From the NCBI GenBank assembly GCA_965116925.1, contig OZ220744.1:5504001-5568000 (forward strand): a stretch of 64,000 bases of DNA, in the 5' to 3' direction. Both the position numbers and the translations under genes were made by a program. Of the stretch, positions 1 through 9,696 are shown piece after piece (positions within the stretch are counted from its first letter, which is position 1; each line of letters begins with the position of its first letter). The DNA is from Candidatus Poribacteria bacterium (GTDB taxonomy: Bacteria > Poribacteria > WGA-4E > PCPOR2b). The notes beneath the pieces were generated by a model, which saw only the letters and a list, made by a program, of their open reading frames with translations, was not told the origin of the DNA and made no database searches.

Positions 1-270
1 TTCGTCAAGCCGCTTGACGACCAACTTATTCTTCCGCTCGCCTCACGGATTGGAAAAGTGATTACGGTTGAGGATGGGGTACTGATGGGCGGATTCGGCA
101 GTGCGGTCTTGGAGATGTTCCTAGATAGCGGATTGACAGATGTGCAGACCAAACGTCTCGGTATTCCCGATCAGTTCATTGAGCATGGGGATGTCAAAGC
201 CTTATATGAACAGTGTGATTTAGATACAGAGGCAATTGTCCGTGAAGGGTTAAAATTTGCAAAGAAGTAG
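1..270 (+). CDS. dxs: 1-deoxy-D-xylulose-5-phosphate synthase, C-terminal part (5' truncated by window)
   Basis: Frame open from base 1: FVKPLD...[15 protein letters not shown]...[11 protein letters not shown], the typical Dxs C-terminus; dxs-tlyA order is common. Confidence 0.9.
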   Translation, partial: FVKPLDDQLILPLASRIGKVITVEDGVLMGGFGSAVLEMFLDSGLTDVQTKRLGIPDQFIEHGDVKALYEQCDLDTEAIVREGLKFAKK

Positions 271-343
271 ATCAGCGAATAAACACGGAGAACTTAGCGG
301 TGCGAAACTGGAGACGAATGCGGCGATTAGAAGGGAAGGTAGG

Positions 344-1216
344 ATGGGAGGCAGGAAAGCCAGCAACAACACTTCTAATATCTCACGCGTCACATTTCAC
401 GCATCACGAGGGCAGAGCAAGCAGCGACTTGATACGCTCGTTGTCCAGCGTAGACTTGTTGACAGCCGTGAACGAGCAAAGCAGTTAATTCTTGCCGGAG
501 AAGTAATTGTTGCGGGCAGTGCACAGGTCAAACCGGGTTATCTGATTTCACCGGATGCAGAAATTGTAGTGAAACAGCCACCACGGTATGTCAGCCGGGG
601 GGGGCTGAAACTGGAGAAAGCGTTGCAAGTGTTCCAAGTTGATGTGCATGACAGCGTCGCTATTGACGTTGGTGCATCGACCGGTGGGTTCACAGATTGC
701 TTGCTACAACACGGCGCAAAGTTTGTGTATGCGGTGGATGTGGGGCATGGGCAGCTTGCATGGAAAATCCGTCAAGATTCGCGGGTATGTGTCATAGAGG
801 GGACCAATATCCGCACGATTGACTTGAATCGCTTTGAGTCTCCGGTCAAAGTTGGTGTGGTTGATGTCTCGTTTATCTCTCTCCAAAAAGTCTTACCGAT
901 CGTCACTCAAATTGTTGAGTCTACGGGGGATGTACTTGCCTTGGTCAAGCCTCAATTTGAGGCGGGCCGGAAACATGTTGGCAAGGGCGGCGTGGTGAGA
1001 GATAGGAGGGTGCACCTTCAGGTGCTCCGCGATCTCATCCAGTTTATTCATGGACTGGAGCAATCTGTTATGGGGATCTCCTATTCTCCGATTCGTGGAC
1101 CGGCGGGCAATATTGAGTACCTGATCTGGTTCAAGGCAGGAGCTGAAGGTGCTTCGGTAGATTGGGAAAAGCGTGCGGACCAGGTGGTTCAAGAGGCTAA
1201 CACCACTTTGCAATAA
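344..1216 (+). CDS. tlyA: TlyA family rRNA 2'-O-methyltransferase (S4 + FtsJ-like domains)
   Basis: RLD..LV..SRE.A S4 motif, YVSRGGLKL, DVGASTGGFTDCLLQ, DVSFISL, LVKPQFE, GNIEY; start taken as in-frame ATG 344 (uncertain). Confidence 0.9.
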   Translation: MGGRKASNNTSNISRVTFHASRGQSKQRLDTLVVQRRLVDSRERAKQLILAGEVIVAGSAQVKPGYLISPDAEIVVKQPPRYVSRGGLKLEKALQVFQVDVHDSVAIDVGASTGGFTDCLLQHGAKFVYAVDVGHGQLAWKIRQDSRVCVIEGTNIRTIDLNRFESPVKVGVVDVSFISLQKVLPIVTQIVESTGDVLALVKPQFEAGRKHVGKGGVVRDRRVHLQVLRDLIQFIHGLEQSVMGISYSPIRGPAGNIEYLIWFKAGAEGASVDWEKRADQVVQEANTTLQ

Positions 1217-1233
1217 CTTGATAGGAGAACATT

Positions 1234-2277
1234 ATGGCAATTGGTATCGGTATCATCGGTGCGGGTGGGATTTCTCGTGCACACGCGCGCGGATACCTCC
1301 AGATTCCTGATAAAGCACGGATTGTGGGGGTCGCAGATATCCTTGAGGAACGGGCGCAAGCGGCGGCGCAGGAGTGGGGTGCGGAATGTGCATTTGGAGA
1401 CTATCATGAACTGCTTGCACTTGCGGAGGTGGAGGCTGTCAGTGTTTGTACATACACTAAGGCGCACTGCGAACCGACGGTCGCTGCACTTCAGGCGGGG
1501 AAGCATGTCATTGTAGAAAAACCGATGGCCGCTACGGCTGCTGAAGCCTATCAAATGGTAGAAGCCCAAAGGGCTAGCGGAAAGATCCTAATGGTGGGCA
1601 TGAAATGGCGGTTTATGCCTGAGATCCAAGCGGCGAAAGCGTTTATTGAAGAAGGAAATCTCGGACAGATTTATTACGCCGAAGCCATCGGCTGGCAGCA
1701 TCGCGGTATCCCCGGCGGAACCTTCATCAAAAAAGAGACAGCCGGCGGTGGTGGATTCATGGACAATGGTGTCTACACGCTTGACGCTGTGCTCCACATG
1801 ATGGGACATCCCAAACCGCTTACGGTTTCGGGCACCGATGCCAACATTTTTGGACATTCCCCGGACGGCACTTGGAATATCCACGACTTTTCGGTGGAAG
1901 ATTTCGGAACAGCCTACGTCCGATTAGAGGGGGGAATTACCCTGTTCTTCGCGCATAGCTGGGCGATTAACTTCCCGGAACAGTGGCAGATGCGTATCGC
2001 CGGCAGTCGCGGATCTGTTGAGATCTTCCCCTTTGGCTCAGAACCGAAATTGCGTTTATCACATGGGGGCTATAGCGATTTGCAGGATGTCACGCCCAAT
2101 CAGCTGCCGGAGGGAAGTATAGACGTTACCTATGAAATCCAGCAATTTGTGCGAGCCATACGGGACGCACAACCCTCCCCCATTCCCGGGGATACCTTCT
2201 TGTACACAAATGCGATTTTCGATGGGATCTATCAATCCTCACAACTGGGACGTGAAGTTCCGGTTAGCTTGCCTTAG
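1234..2277 (+). CDS. Gfo/Idh/MocA family NAD(P)-dependent oxidoreductase
   Basis: IGIIGAGGIS Rossmann motif, VEKPMA, GGGFMDNGVY; AGGAG RBS. Confidence 0.9.
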   Translation: MAIGIGIIGAGGISRAHARGYLQIPDKARIVGVADILEERAQAAAQEWGAECAFGDYHELLALAEVEAVSVCTYTKAHCEPTVAALQAGKHVIVEKPMAATAAEAYQMVEAQRASGKILMVGMKWRFMPEIQAAKAFIEEGNLGQIYYAEAIGWQHRGIPGGTFIKKETAGGGGFMDNGVYTLDAVLHMMGHPKPLTVSGTDANIFGHSPDGTWNIHDFSVEDFGTAYVRLEGGITLFFAHSWAINFPEQWQMRIAGSRGSVEIFPFGSEPKLRLSHGGYSDLQDVTPNQLPEGSIDVTYEIQQFVRAIRDAQPSPIPGDTFLYTNAIFDGIYQSSQLGREVPVSLP

Positions 2278-2340
2278 TCCGTGCCTATCTTCGCCTCCTG
2301 TCCCGACGGGTCAGGATCCCGAGAATCGGGACAAGCATAT

Positions 2341-2487
2341 CCGGTGCGGTTACATGAAGTTTAAGTATTTAAATCGGTAATCCCTATTTTCCTCGAAACA
2401 TACGGTAGGCGCGGTTTTCAACCGCGCCGGCGTCGCTAGCAAATGACCGAACTGTTTTTTTTATTTTCATCAAACCGCACCTACCGG
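2341..2487. repeat. Nested REP-like palindromes (GTAGG[T/C]GCGGTT...AACCGC[A/G]CC family)
   Basis: Outer arms ccggtgcggtt (2341) and aaccgcacctaccgg (2473); inner gtaggcgcggttttcaaccgcgcc (2405). Confidence 0.6.
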
Positions 2488-2509
2488 GGTGGAGGGAATC
2501 AGGTTAAAT

Positions 2510-2544
2510 AAAAAAGCACCGGGCAAATAATATCACCCGGTGCT
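2510..2544 (-). terminator. Intrinsic terminator of the RRM gene
   Basis: Stem agcaccggg/cccggtgct followed by a U-tract on the minus strand, ~30 nt after the stop. Confidence 0.8.
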
Positions 2545-2574
2545 CTGTGTGAAATTATGAAGCAAAGATAGTGC

Positions 2575-2877
2575 TTACCATCTATCGCGGTCATCATCAT
2601 CGCGTCTGCCGCCACCACGCCTCTCACCACGTGGGGGCCGAGGCCGAGCCTCGTTTACCTTCACAGGACGTCCAACAATCTCCTGTCCATCCAATCCGCC
2701 GATCGCCGCTTCCGCCTCAGCCTGATCGGGCATTTCGACGAATCCAAATCCTCTTGACCTTCCACTATAATGGTCTCGAATGACGTTGGCAGTATCGACC
2801 GTTCCGTAGCTTTCAAAAGCCTCTCGCAAGTCATCATCCGTGGCATCATATGACAGATTACCGACGTAAATATTCAT
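2575..2877 (-). CDS. RRM RNA-binding protein with Arg/Gly/Asp tail
   Basis: RNP2 IYVGNL, RNP1 RGFGFVEM, VNEARPR; ATG 2877 with GAGG RBS. Confidence 0.95.
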   Translation of the reverse strand: MNIYVGNLSYDATDDDLREAFESYGTVDTANVIRDHYSGRSRGFGFVEMPDQAEAEAAIGGLDGQEIVGRPVKVNEARPRPPRGERRGGGRRDDDDRDRW

Positions 2878-3508
2878 CTGAATTTCCTCTCTGAAAAGAT
2901 GTTGTTCAAAATTTGCAAACGTTTCTGGACTTCGCACACGGAGGTTGGCTTCCCCCTCACCGACTATACATTCGAGTGATTCGCAGTTCATCGATGAATC
3001 GACACCGTGCCATCTTATAGCTTACCCCTTGATAGTATCACCACATTCCGTGTGTGCCCTCACCTCTCCCCGCATCGCGAGGATCGTGAAGCCGGGTATC
3101 TGTCAGATAACATCGCCGTCTCTGAGTTGTTATTGACGCCATTTCATTAAAAGTGACGTGATACCTTAAACGCTGTGAGATACGGCGTTATGGTCCCACA
3201 GAGAAACGCCATCGTGAGTGACTTTTGTTGAAGAAAAACGAGAACAGGAATTCAAGACCTCTCATGTCCTCCAATCGACTTTAACCGTTGCACCTAGCAA
3301 TTCGCAAAACAGCAGCGCATCGGTAGATGTTGCTCTGATGGCAGTCAAGCGGTATTGGTTGAGGAAATTCGTGCCAATTTCGACCTTGCCCCAACCCTTT
3401 GCTTATTTGCACAGTTACATATTTCTAGCCGCACCAAGCCTGCTCGACATCACTTCTCAATAATATTATAAGCCAAGATAGCGTAAATATCCAGAAAAAC
3501 TTCTGACA

Positions 3509-4764
3509 TAGGGCAATCGCATATAAAAAAAATCTTGACAGTGTAGTGAATTGAGGTAATGTATAGGGTATCCCATAAAGCAAAGGAGTGTTTGAAATGT
3601 CTGATACCCCCATTACCTCGATTGAATCCCATTTTTCTGAGTTACCCGACCCCCGAACCGACACGCACCGCATTCGTCATAAACTAACGGATATGGTTGT
3701 GATAGCCATCAGTGCGGTTATCTGTGGTGCCGATAGCTGGGTGACGGTTGAATCGTTTGGACACGCGAAGTTTAAGTGGCTATCGGGTTTATTGAACTTA
3801 CCCAACGGTATCCCGTCGCATGATACCTTTAGTCGCGTGTTTGGTTTACTTGACTCGGTAGCCTTTGAGCACTGTTTCATCAATTGGATAAAACAGGTTA
3901 TCGAAGTGACAGATGGTCAAGTAGTTGCCGTTGATGGTAAATACCTGCGTCGGTCTTATGATACGGCGACCGACCCAAGTCCGATTGGCTTGGTCAGTGC
4001 ATGGGTATCGTCCCAATCGGTGACTTTGGGACAACTGAGAGTCGCTGACCATTCCAATGAAATCCCCGCCATTCCGCAATTACTGGAGATGTTAGCCATC
4101 TCCGGGTGTATTGTGACTACCGATGCGATGGGGTGTCACCCACGAATTGCTCAACAGATTGTGGATGCCGATGCCGATTATGTATTGGCATTGAAAGCGA
4201 ATCAAGGCCAACTCCATGAAGATGTCAAACTGTTGTTCGATGGCATTTTGGACAATCAGTTACCCGATGTGCAGACCGACACCACTCAGACCATTGATGG
4301 TGACCACGGTCGGATTGAGACCCGAACCGCTATCACTGTTTCTGACCCTGAAGTGATTGCACCATTGAGAGGCAGTGAGACCTTTGTCAATCTCAACTCA
4401 GTGGTCAAGGTCATCGCAGAACGGGAACAGAATGAAAAGACAACGGTGAAAACCCGATACTATATCTCCTCGTTATCGGCAGATGCTGTCCAATTGCTTG
4501 ACGCTATCCGCACCCATTGGTCTATTGAAAACTCATGCCATTGGGTGTTAGGTGTCGCATTTGATGAAGATGGCTGTCGTATCCGTAAAAACAATGGTAG
4601 TCAAAACTTTGCCATACTCCGACGCATTGCACTCAACTTACTCAAGGGAGAACCAACAGCCAAGGTTGGCGTTGCCGCCAAAAGGTTGAAAGCCGCATGG
4701 GACACCGACTACTTAACTACCGTGCTCGCTACCCTCTTCTAAAATCTTATATGCGATTGCCCTA
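3509..4764 (+). mobile_element. Complete ISAs1-family insertion sequence
   Basis: Perfect 18-bp TIR tagggcaatcgcatataa (3509-3526 / 4747-4764); 10-bp direct repeat acttctgaca (3499-3508 / 4765-4774). Confidence 0.95.
3588..4742 (+). CDS. ISAs1 family transposase
   Basis: LPDPR, GIPSHDTF, AVDGK, NEIPA, TDAMGC, LKANQ, HGRIETR, HWSIENSCHW motifs. Confidence 0.95.
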   Translation: MFEMSDTPITSIESHFSELPDPRTDTHRIRHKLTDMVVIAISAVICGADSWVTVESFGHAKFKWLSGLLNLPNGIPSHDTFSRVFGLLDSVAFEHCFINWIKQVIEVTDGQVVAVDGKYLRRSYDTATDPSPIGLVSAWVSSQSVTLGQLRVADHSNEIPAIPQLLEMLAISGCIVTTDAMGCHPRIAQQIVDADADYVLALKANQGQLHEDVKLLFDGILDNQLPDVQTDTTQTIDGDHGRIETRTAITVSDPEVIAPLRGSETFVNLNSVVKVIAEREQNEKTTVKTRYYISSLSADAVQLLDAIRTHWSIENSCHWVLGVAFDEDGCRIRKNNGSQNFAILRRIALNLLKGEPTAKVGVAAKRLKAAWDTDYLTTVLATLF

Positions 4765-4845
4765 ACTTCTGACATACAAAATTTTCCCAGATGTACATGC
4801 GCTTGTCTCCATCCACAGAGTGAGTGTTATCTAACATTTTCAACA

Positions 4846-4874
4846 TTGAAAAGTCAGTCATAATGTGGGATAAT
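4846..4874 (+). promoter_or_regulatory. Candidate sigma70 promoter
   Basis: TTGAAA-17nt-GATAAT upstream of the FAD oxidase gene. Confidence 0.45.
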
Positions 4875-4928
4875 CAATAGGATGCAAGATTTTGCAAATG
4901 GTGATTATTGCAGCGGAAGGAGAGGTAG

Positions 4929-6050
4929 ATGAATCAAACAGCAGATGTAGTTGTGGTCGGCGGCGGGGTCATTGGGTGCTTTATTGCTTATGAGCTTTCA
5001 AAATCGGGACTTGAGGTAGTGGTGGTAGAAAAGGGGCAGGTGGGGGCAGAAGCCTCTAGTGCAGCTGCGGGGTTGTTGGTGCCCTTGCACATGGCGGAGG
5101 AGGAACGCGCACTTTTTGAACTCCACTTGGCTTCGACGAGGATGTTCCCTACGTTTGTGCCGGAGCTTGAAGAGGAAACAGGCATCAGTGTTGAGTATAT
5201 CCCGTCTGGGATTCTGAGGGTTGCTCTGAACGAGGAAGAAGAAACGGCTCGGCTGTCACAGTTTCAGAAATTGGGGGAAGCCTTTGGGATGGGGATAACA
5301 CAGCTGGACGCAGCGGAGCTACATTCCCTTGAACCTGAACTGGCACCCGCGGTTTGCGGTGGTATTCTTTCCCACGATGAAGCGTACATCAACAATGGTC
5401 GATTGGTTCTCGCACTCGCCAGAGGAGCTTCCGTGCACAATGCTCGATTCCATGAAGGGTGCCTTGCAACCGGGGTGAGGCGAGCAGACGGACGCTTTTC
5501 GGCACTTCAGACGAATGAAGGAGAGATTTCTGCTGGACATCTTGTGGTAGCAACGGGTGCGTGGAGTCGTATTTTCTGCGAGGCGTTGGATATAACCATC
5601 CCTGTCATTCCCGCGCGCGGACAGATGTTGGCGGTCACAACCATTCAGCGTCTGCTTCAACGCCCCATCAACTCTAGCAACGGGGCACTGGTTCCCCGGG
5701 CGGATGGGTCGGTCCATGTCGGGGCAACCGTTGAGCATGTCGGCTTCGACAAGCGTAACACCCCTGAAGCGATTGCCGATCTGCTAGAAAGAGGCACGGC
5801 GGTCGTCCCCGCCTTGAGCGAAGGGCGCGTTGAAAGGATGTGGTCGGGTTTTCGTCCGTTCTGTGAGGATGGGCTGCCGGTGATCGGCGGACTGCCCGAG
5901 TGGGAAAATGTTTCGGTCGCCACGGGACATTTTACAATGGGCATCACAGGCAGTCTGATAACAGCAAAAATTATCAAAGAGCTGATCGTGGACGGGCATT
6001 GGGATAGGTCAATGGAGATTTTCTCACCCGCTCGCTTTGTAAAGGGTTAG
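4929..6050 (+). CDS. thiO: Glycine oxidase ThiO-like / DAO family FAD oxidoreductase
   Basis: VVVGGGVIG, ASSAAAG, P.RGQ, WSGFRP..DGLP.IG, ATGH; no other thi genes adjacent, so substrate uncertain. Confidence 0.65.
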   Translation: MNQTADVVVVGGGVIGCFIAYELSKSGLEVVVVEKGQVGAEASSAAAGLLVPLHMAEEERALFELHLASTRMFPTFVPELEEETGISVEYIPSGILRVALNEEEETARLSQFQKLGEAFGMGITQLDAAELHSLEPELAPAVCGGILSHDEAYINNGRLVLALARGASVHNARFHEGCLATGVRRADGRFSALQTNEGEISAGHLVVATGAWSRIFCEALDITIPVIPARGQMLAVTTIQRLLQRPINSSNGALVPRADGSVHVGATVEHVGFDKRNTPEAIADLLERGTAVVPALSEGRVERMWSGFRPFCEDGLPVIGGLPEWENVSVATGHFTMGITGSLITAKIIKELIVDGHWDRSMEIFSPARFVKG

Positions 6051-6141
6051 AGATAGCTTTATGGAAAGCCGGAGAGGCGACAGACTTCTTTCAGTTTGTA
6101 CTATAATTTACACCGACATTGCTTTGTTGTGTTTCATCCTT

Positions 6142-6447
6142 CTAGGTGGTGGTGTAAGGTTGAATCGCCTCTAGATTAGCAGTCTCTTTCTGACTGACAT
6201 GATACAGATCCCACCGGAATTGGAGGTTCATCCAGAAACTGGGCGACACCCCAAAGAATTTCGCCAAGCGGAGTGCGATACGGGGTGTTACTCCCCGGTG
6301 TTTATTCACAAGTTCATTAACACTCCGGTATGACACATGAATTGCCGTTGCCAGCTTCCGCTGACTGATATCCATTGGGCGCAGAAATTCCTCTAAAAGC
6401 ATTTCACCCGGATGGGTCGGAGGACGGTTAGTTGGCACACGAATCAT
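6142..6447 (-). CDS. higA: HigA family antitoxin (HTH)
   Basis: RPPTHPGEMLLEEFL, ALRLAKFFG, FWMNLQ; start at ATG 6447. Confidence 0.92.
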   Translation of the reverse strand: MIRVPTNRPPTHPGEMLLEEFLRPMDISQRKLATAIHVSYRSVNELVNKHRGVTPRIALRLAKFFGVSPSFWMNLQFRWDLYHVSQKETANLEAIQPYTTT

Positions 6448-6469
6448 TTTGTTTCTCCCTGATACAGGT

Positions 6470-6763
6470 TTAGTGATAATCCACAATTTCAACTTCAACT
6501 GGTCCGGTATCTGTCCACACAAAGCAAACATGGTATTGGTTATTGATTCGGATACTATATTGTTCAGCTCGATTGCCTTTCAAAGCCTCAAGTCGGTTAC
6601 CCGGTGGTATCCGAAGTTCGCCAAGTGAAATAACAGAATCAAGCTGGTCAAGCTTTCTGCTAGCAATCCGCCACAAAGTTCTAGGGCATGTTCTGTTAGC
6701 ATTTCTTGTATGGTTACCGTTAAAAATATCTTCGGTGCCTCTATTTTTAAATGATTGTATCAT
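6470..6763 (-). CDS. higB: HigB (RelE/ParE superfamily) toxin
   Basis: MIQSFK, LRIPPGNRLEALKG, YSIRINNQY, EIVDYH; lies upstream of its antitoxin. Confidence 0.92.
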   Translation of the reverse strand: MIQSFKNRGTEDIFNGNHTRNANRTCPRTLWRIASRKLDQLDSVISLGELRIPPGNRLEALKGNRAEQYSIRINNQYHVCFVWTDTGPVEVEIVDYH

Positions 6764-6957
6764 GGCAGCGATATTTTTTAGCACCGTATTCTATAATTTT
6801 GCTCTCGAATGCTGTCAAAAAATGGGACTATTTTATCAGACGTTTTTCATGATTTTGAGTTTATCATTTTCTAAAATGGGCGAGCAGCAGGCATGATTTC
6901 CCCTCCTAAATCGCTACGAAATTTTGGAAATATCTTAAAAGAGAAGGAGCAAGATCA

Positions 6958-8085
6958 ATGGCAAAGTATCGAGCCGCGCTAATTGGGTGCGGTGGAAAAG
7001 GCAGAGACCATACCAATACCTTGATAAAGAACAAACTCGTGGATTTGGTCGCTTTTTGTGATATTCGTGAGGAAGCCTTGCAAGCATACCAAGAGATGTA
7101 CGGCGTGTCAGCCCTATACACAGATTATCAGGAGATGTTTGAGCGGGAGAACCTTGATCTTGTCGTGATTTCGACCCAGGCACCGCAACACCATGCGACA
7201 ACCCTTGCCGCAGCGGCGCACGGATGCCATGTCCTCTGCGAAAAGCCGATGGCTGTGGCGCTTGAGGAGGCGGATGAGATGGTCGCGGCGTGTGACGAAG
7301 CGGGTGTACGATTGTCTATCAACCATCAGAAACGTGCCAGTGCGTATAACGCTTATGCGAAAAGGTTGATTGCTGATGGGGAGATCGGTGAGGTCTTTTT
7401 GATACGCGCTTACGAAAAAGGGGGACGCAAATCGGGCAACGCGATGATGGAGATGGGGACGCACCTCTTTGATTGGGTGCACAATTTTGGGGGAGAGGTG
7501 AGTTGGGCGGCTGCACATATCACCTCGGCGGATTCTCTCGAAGCGGGAGCTCAGGACATCAAACATAGTCAGGAGGTCAACCCCCGTGACCGGGACGCGG
7601 GACTGGTCATCGGTGAGCGGGCGTTCTGTTCGTTTGGATTTGCCAACGGGATACATGCCGATTGTGACTTCTTGGCAGAACCTGAAGGAAATGATAGGGC
7701 GTATGGCTTAGATCTTATCGGCACAAAAGGGCGGATTGCGTTGCGTCGAAGCGTTGCCACGGTGATGTTCATCCACCGCGGCGCATTTATGACCCCCGTC
7801 GAAGGACATCAATGGCAACCGGTTTCGCTGCCCGATGAGGACCGTATTACGGGTCAACATCTGGGAACCCGAGACATTAATCAGGTGCTTCAATCTCGCC
7901 TCATCCACTCGTTGCTTGAACCCGATGGCCCGGCTGCCGATCCGATTTCGTCTGGTCGGGAGGGGCGGGCGTCGTTGGAGATGATTCACGGTTCATGGGA
8001 GTCTCACCGACAGGGTGGGCGTATTCCGTTCCCGCTCAAGGAGCGTAGCCACCCCCTGCAACGCTGGCGCGATGAGGTGAGTTAG
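6958..8085 (+). CDS. Gfo/Idh/MocA family oxidoreductase
   Basis: ALIGCGGKG, CEKPMA, EMGTHLFD; AAGGAG RBS. Confidence 0.9.
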   Translation: MAKYRAALIGCGGKGRDHTNTLIKNKLVDLVAFCDIREEALQAYQEMYGVSALYTDYQEMFERENLDLVVISTQAPQHHATTLAAAAHGCHVLCEKPMAVALEEADEMVAACDEAGVRLSINHQKRASAYNAYAKRLIADGEIGEVFLIRAYEKGGRKSGNAMMEMGTHLFDWVHNFGGEVSWAAAHITSADSLEAGAQDIKHSQEVNPRDRDAGLVIGERAFCSFGFANGIHADCDFLAEPEGNDRAYGLDLIGTKGRIALRRSVATVMFIHRGAFMTPVEGHQWQPVSLPDEDRITGQHLGTRDINQVLQSRLIHSLLEPDGPAADPISSGREGRASLEMIHGSWESHRQGGRIPFPLKERSHPLQRWRDEVS

Positions 8086-8112
8086 GGAGTAGATAGCTGC
8101 CGGGATTTTGGG

Positions 8113-8142
8113 TTGCTGAACCGTGGGAGTGAGGGGTATAAT
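8113..8142 (+). promoter_or_regulatory. Candidate sigma70 promoter, now separated from the DUF805 gene by IS630
   Basis: TTGCTG-18nt-TATAAT immediately left of the IS. Confidence 0.4.
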
Positions 8143-8152
8143 TAATCAACTA

Positions 8153-9058
8153 TAGTAGATTTAACAATTAACGAAACATATTGATAATATCCTCAATGGG
8201 GTTATCCGCATTGTATGACCGGAGCCGTTTTATATTTGCAAACTTGTGTTCAACGGGATTATAATCCGGCGAATACGGGGGCAAGTATAACAACGATGCA
8301 CCCCAAGCTTGTATCAATGCTTGGGTCTCAGTGGTCTTGTGAATCCGTGCATTATCCATTATCACGAGACTGTTGGCATCTAAATGTGGTGATAACTCTT
8401 CATCGAGCCATGTATTAAACCTTTGTGCATTACAACTGCCCGATAGTAACTTTGGGGCAATCAACTTATTATTCAGTTGCGCCACTATCAAAGTAGTAGT
8501 CCGGGTCTTTTGGCTGGGTATCAACCCATGGACACATTGCCCCCGGGGGGCATAGCCATAACTTCTAAAGGTTTCATCTGTAAAACCGGTCTCGTCGAGG
8601 TAAATCAGCGTTTTGCCTGATGCTTTTGCTCCTGCGAGTTGCTCCTGATAGGCTTGTCGTTTTTCTGGACATTGCTCCTTATATCCAAACGTTTTTTTTT
8701 CCGCGTGTAGCCGAGTCTTTTGAGTCCATAGCCGACACAGGCCGGTGAAACCCCAAAGTGTTGAGCGCGTTCTTTAAGGGTTTGGTCAGGGTGTACCTTG
8801 ACATGTTCAGCTAGTGCCGTTGGGTCAAGCAGTCTCGGTTTTGTGGGACCCGGTTTGCCCGGTGTGAGTGGGTCTGGGTCATTGAGCCATCGGTAAATCG
8901 CAGTTCGACCGACTTTGAACCGTTTTGCCGCTTCTGTTTTACTGCCACCATTTTCTATGAATTGAAGCACGCGGGTGCGTAAATCTGATGAATGTGCCAT
9001 AATACAAATAGGATAACATACTTCTGAAAAAATGTCCCTTTATTTCTTGGGTTTACTA
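8153..9058 (-). mobile_element. IS630-family insertion sequence
   Basis: Flanking TA at 8151-52 and 9059-60; imperfect TIR tagtagatttaacaatta / tagtaaacccaagaaata. Confidence 0.85.
8168..9000 (-). CDS. IS630 transposase encoded across a -1 frameshift (HTH ORF 8605-9000 plus DDE frame ending at 8168)
   Basis: MAHSSDLR HTH; A9 run at 8692-8700; the -1 frame reads KTFGYKE..LIYLDETGF..MDNARIH..LPPYSPDYNPVEH. Confidence 0.88.
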
Positions 9059-9091
9059 TAAATTGGCCAAAGAAATGAGAGAGGGGCGAAC

Positions 9092-9460
9092 ATGACTCGG
9101 TATTTTGAAATGCTAAAACAGTATGTGATATCCGGTGGTCAGGTGTATCGAAGAGTATCTTGGATATTCATGCTTCTTGCCCTTATTGCAGGTTTTTTGT
9201 TGGGGTTTGTTGGGAGCTTTGTTGGATACTCAGGTTTTATCGTTGCATACTTTATTCTTGGGGGCTGCGGTTTCGCTGTGTTGATCCCTAGCATTGCTCT
9301 GTCAGTCAGTGTGCTCAATGACGCCAATCGCAGTGGGTGGTGGTTGCTTATCAGCTTTATCCCGCTCATCGGTTCTATAATTTTGCTTGGTTTTACGGCG
9401 CAAGATAGTCAGTCGAACGAGAATCAAGGTGGATGTAACCCAGAGGATGCCGCAGCATAG
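9092..9460 (+). CDS. DUF805 (YhaH-like) membrane protein
   Basis: IPSIALSV..LND.NRSGWWLLI.FIP.IG; hydrophobic helices. Confidence 0.8.
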   Translation: MTRYFEMLKQYVISGGQVYRRVSWIFMLLALIAGFLLGFVGSFVGYSGFIVAYFILGGCGFAVLIPSIALSVSVLNDANRSGWWLLISFIPLIGSIILLGFTAQDSQSNENQGGCNPEDAAA

Positions 9461-9471
9461 GAATTTAACCC

Positions 9472-9672
9472 ATGAAAGCAGAATATGACTTTTCAGAGGG
9501 AGAACGTGGTAAGTTCTACAATCCAAAAGCGGTTTTCAATGTGCCCATCTATCTAGAGAAAGATGTTGATGATTTTATACGTAAACTAGCGGATGAGAAA
9601 GGTAAAGATCCCGAAAAGCTGGTCAATGAGCTGCTACGCGGTAATATACAATTGATTCAAAGTATCCAATGA
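9472..9672 (+). CDS. BrnA/CopG-like antitoxin, orphan
   Basis: MKAEYDFSEGERGKFY N-terminus and IYLE.DV...LVNELL ribbon-helix-helix pattern. Confidence 0.75.
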   Translation: MKAEYDFSEGERGKFYNPKAVFNVPIYLEKDVDDFIRKLADEKGKDPEKLVNELLRGNIQLIQSIQ

Positions 9673-9696
9673 ACGCGCCTATTCTACCGTTACCGG

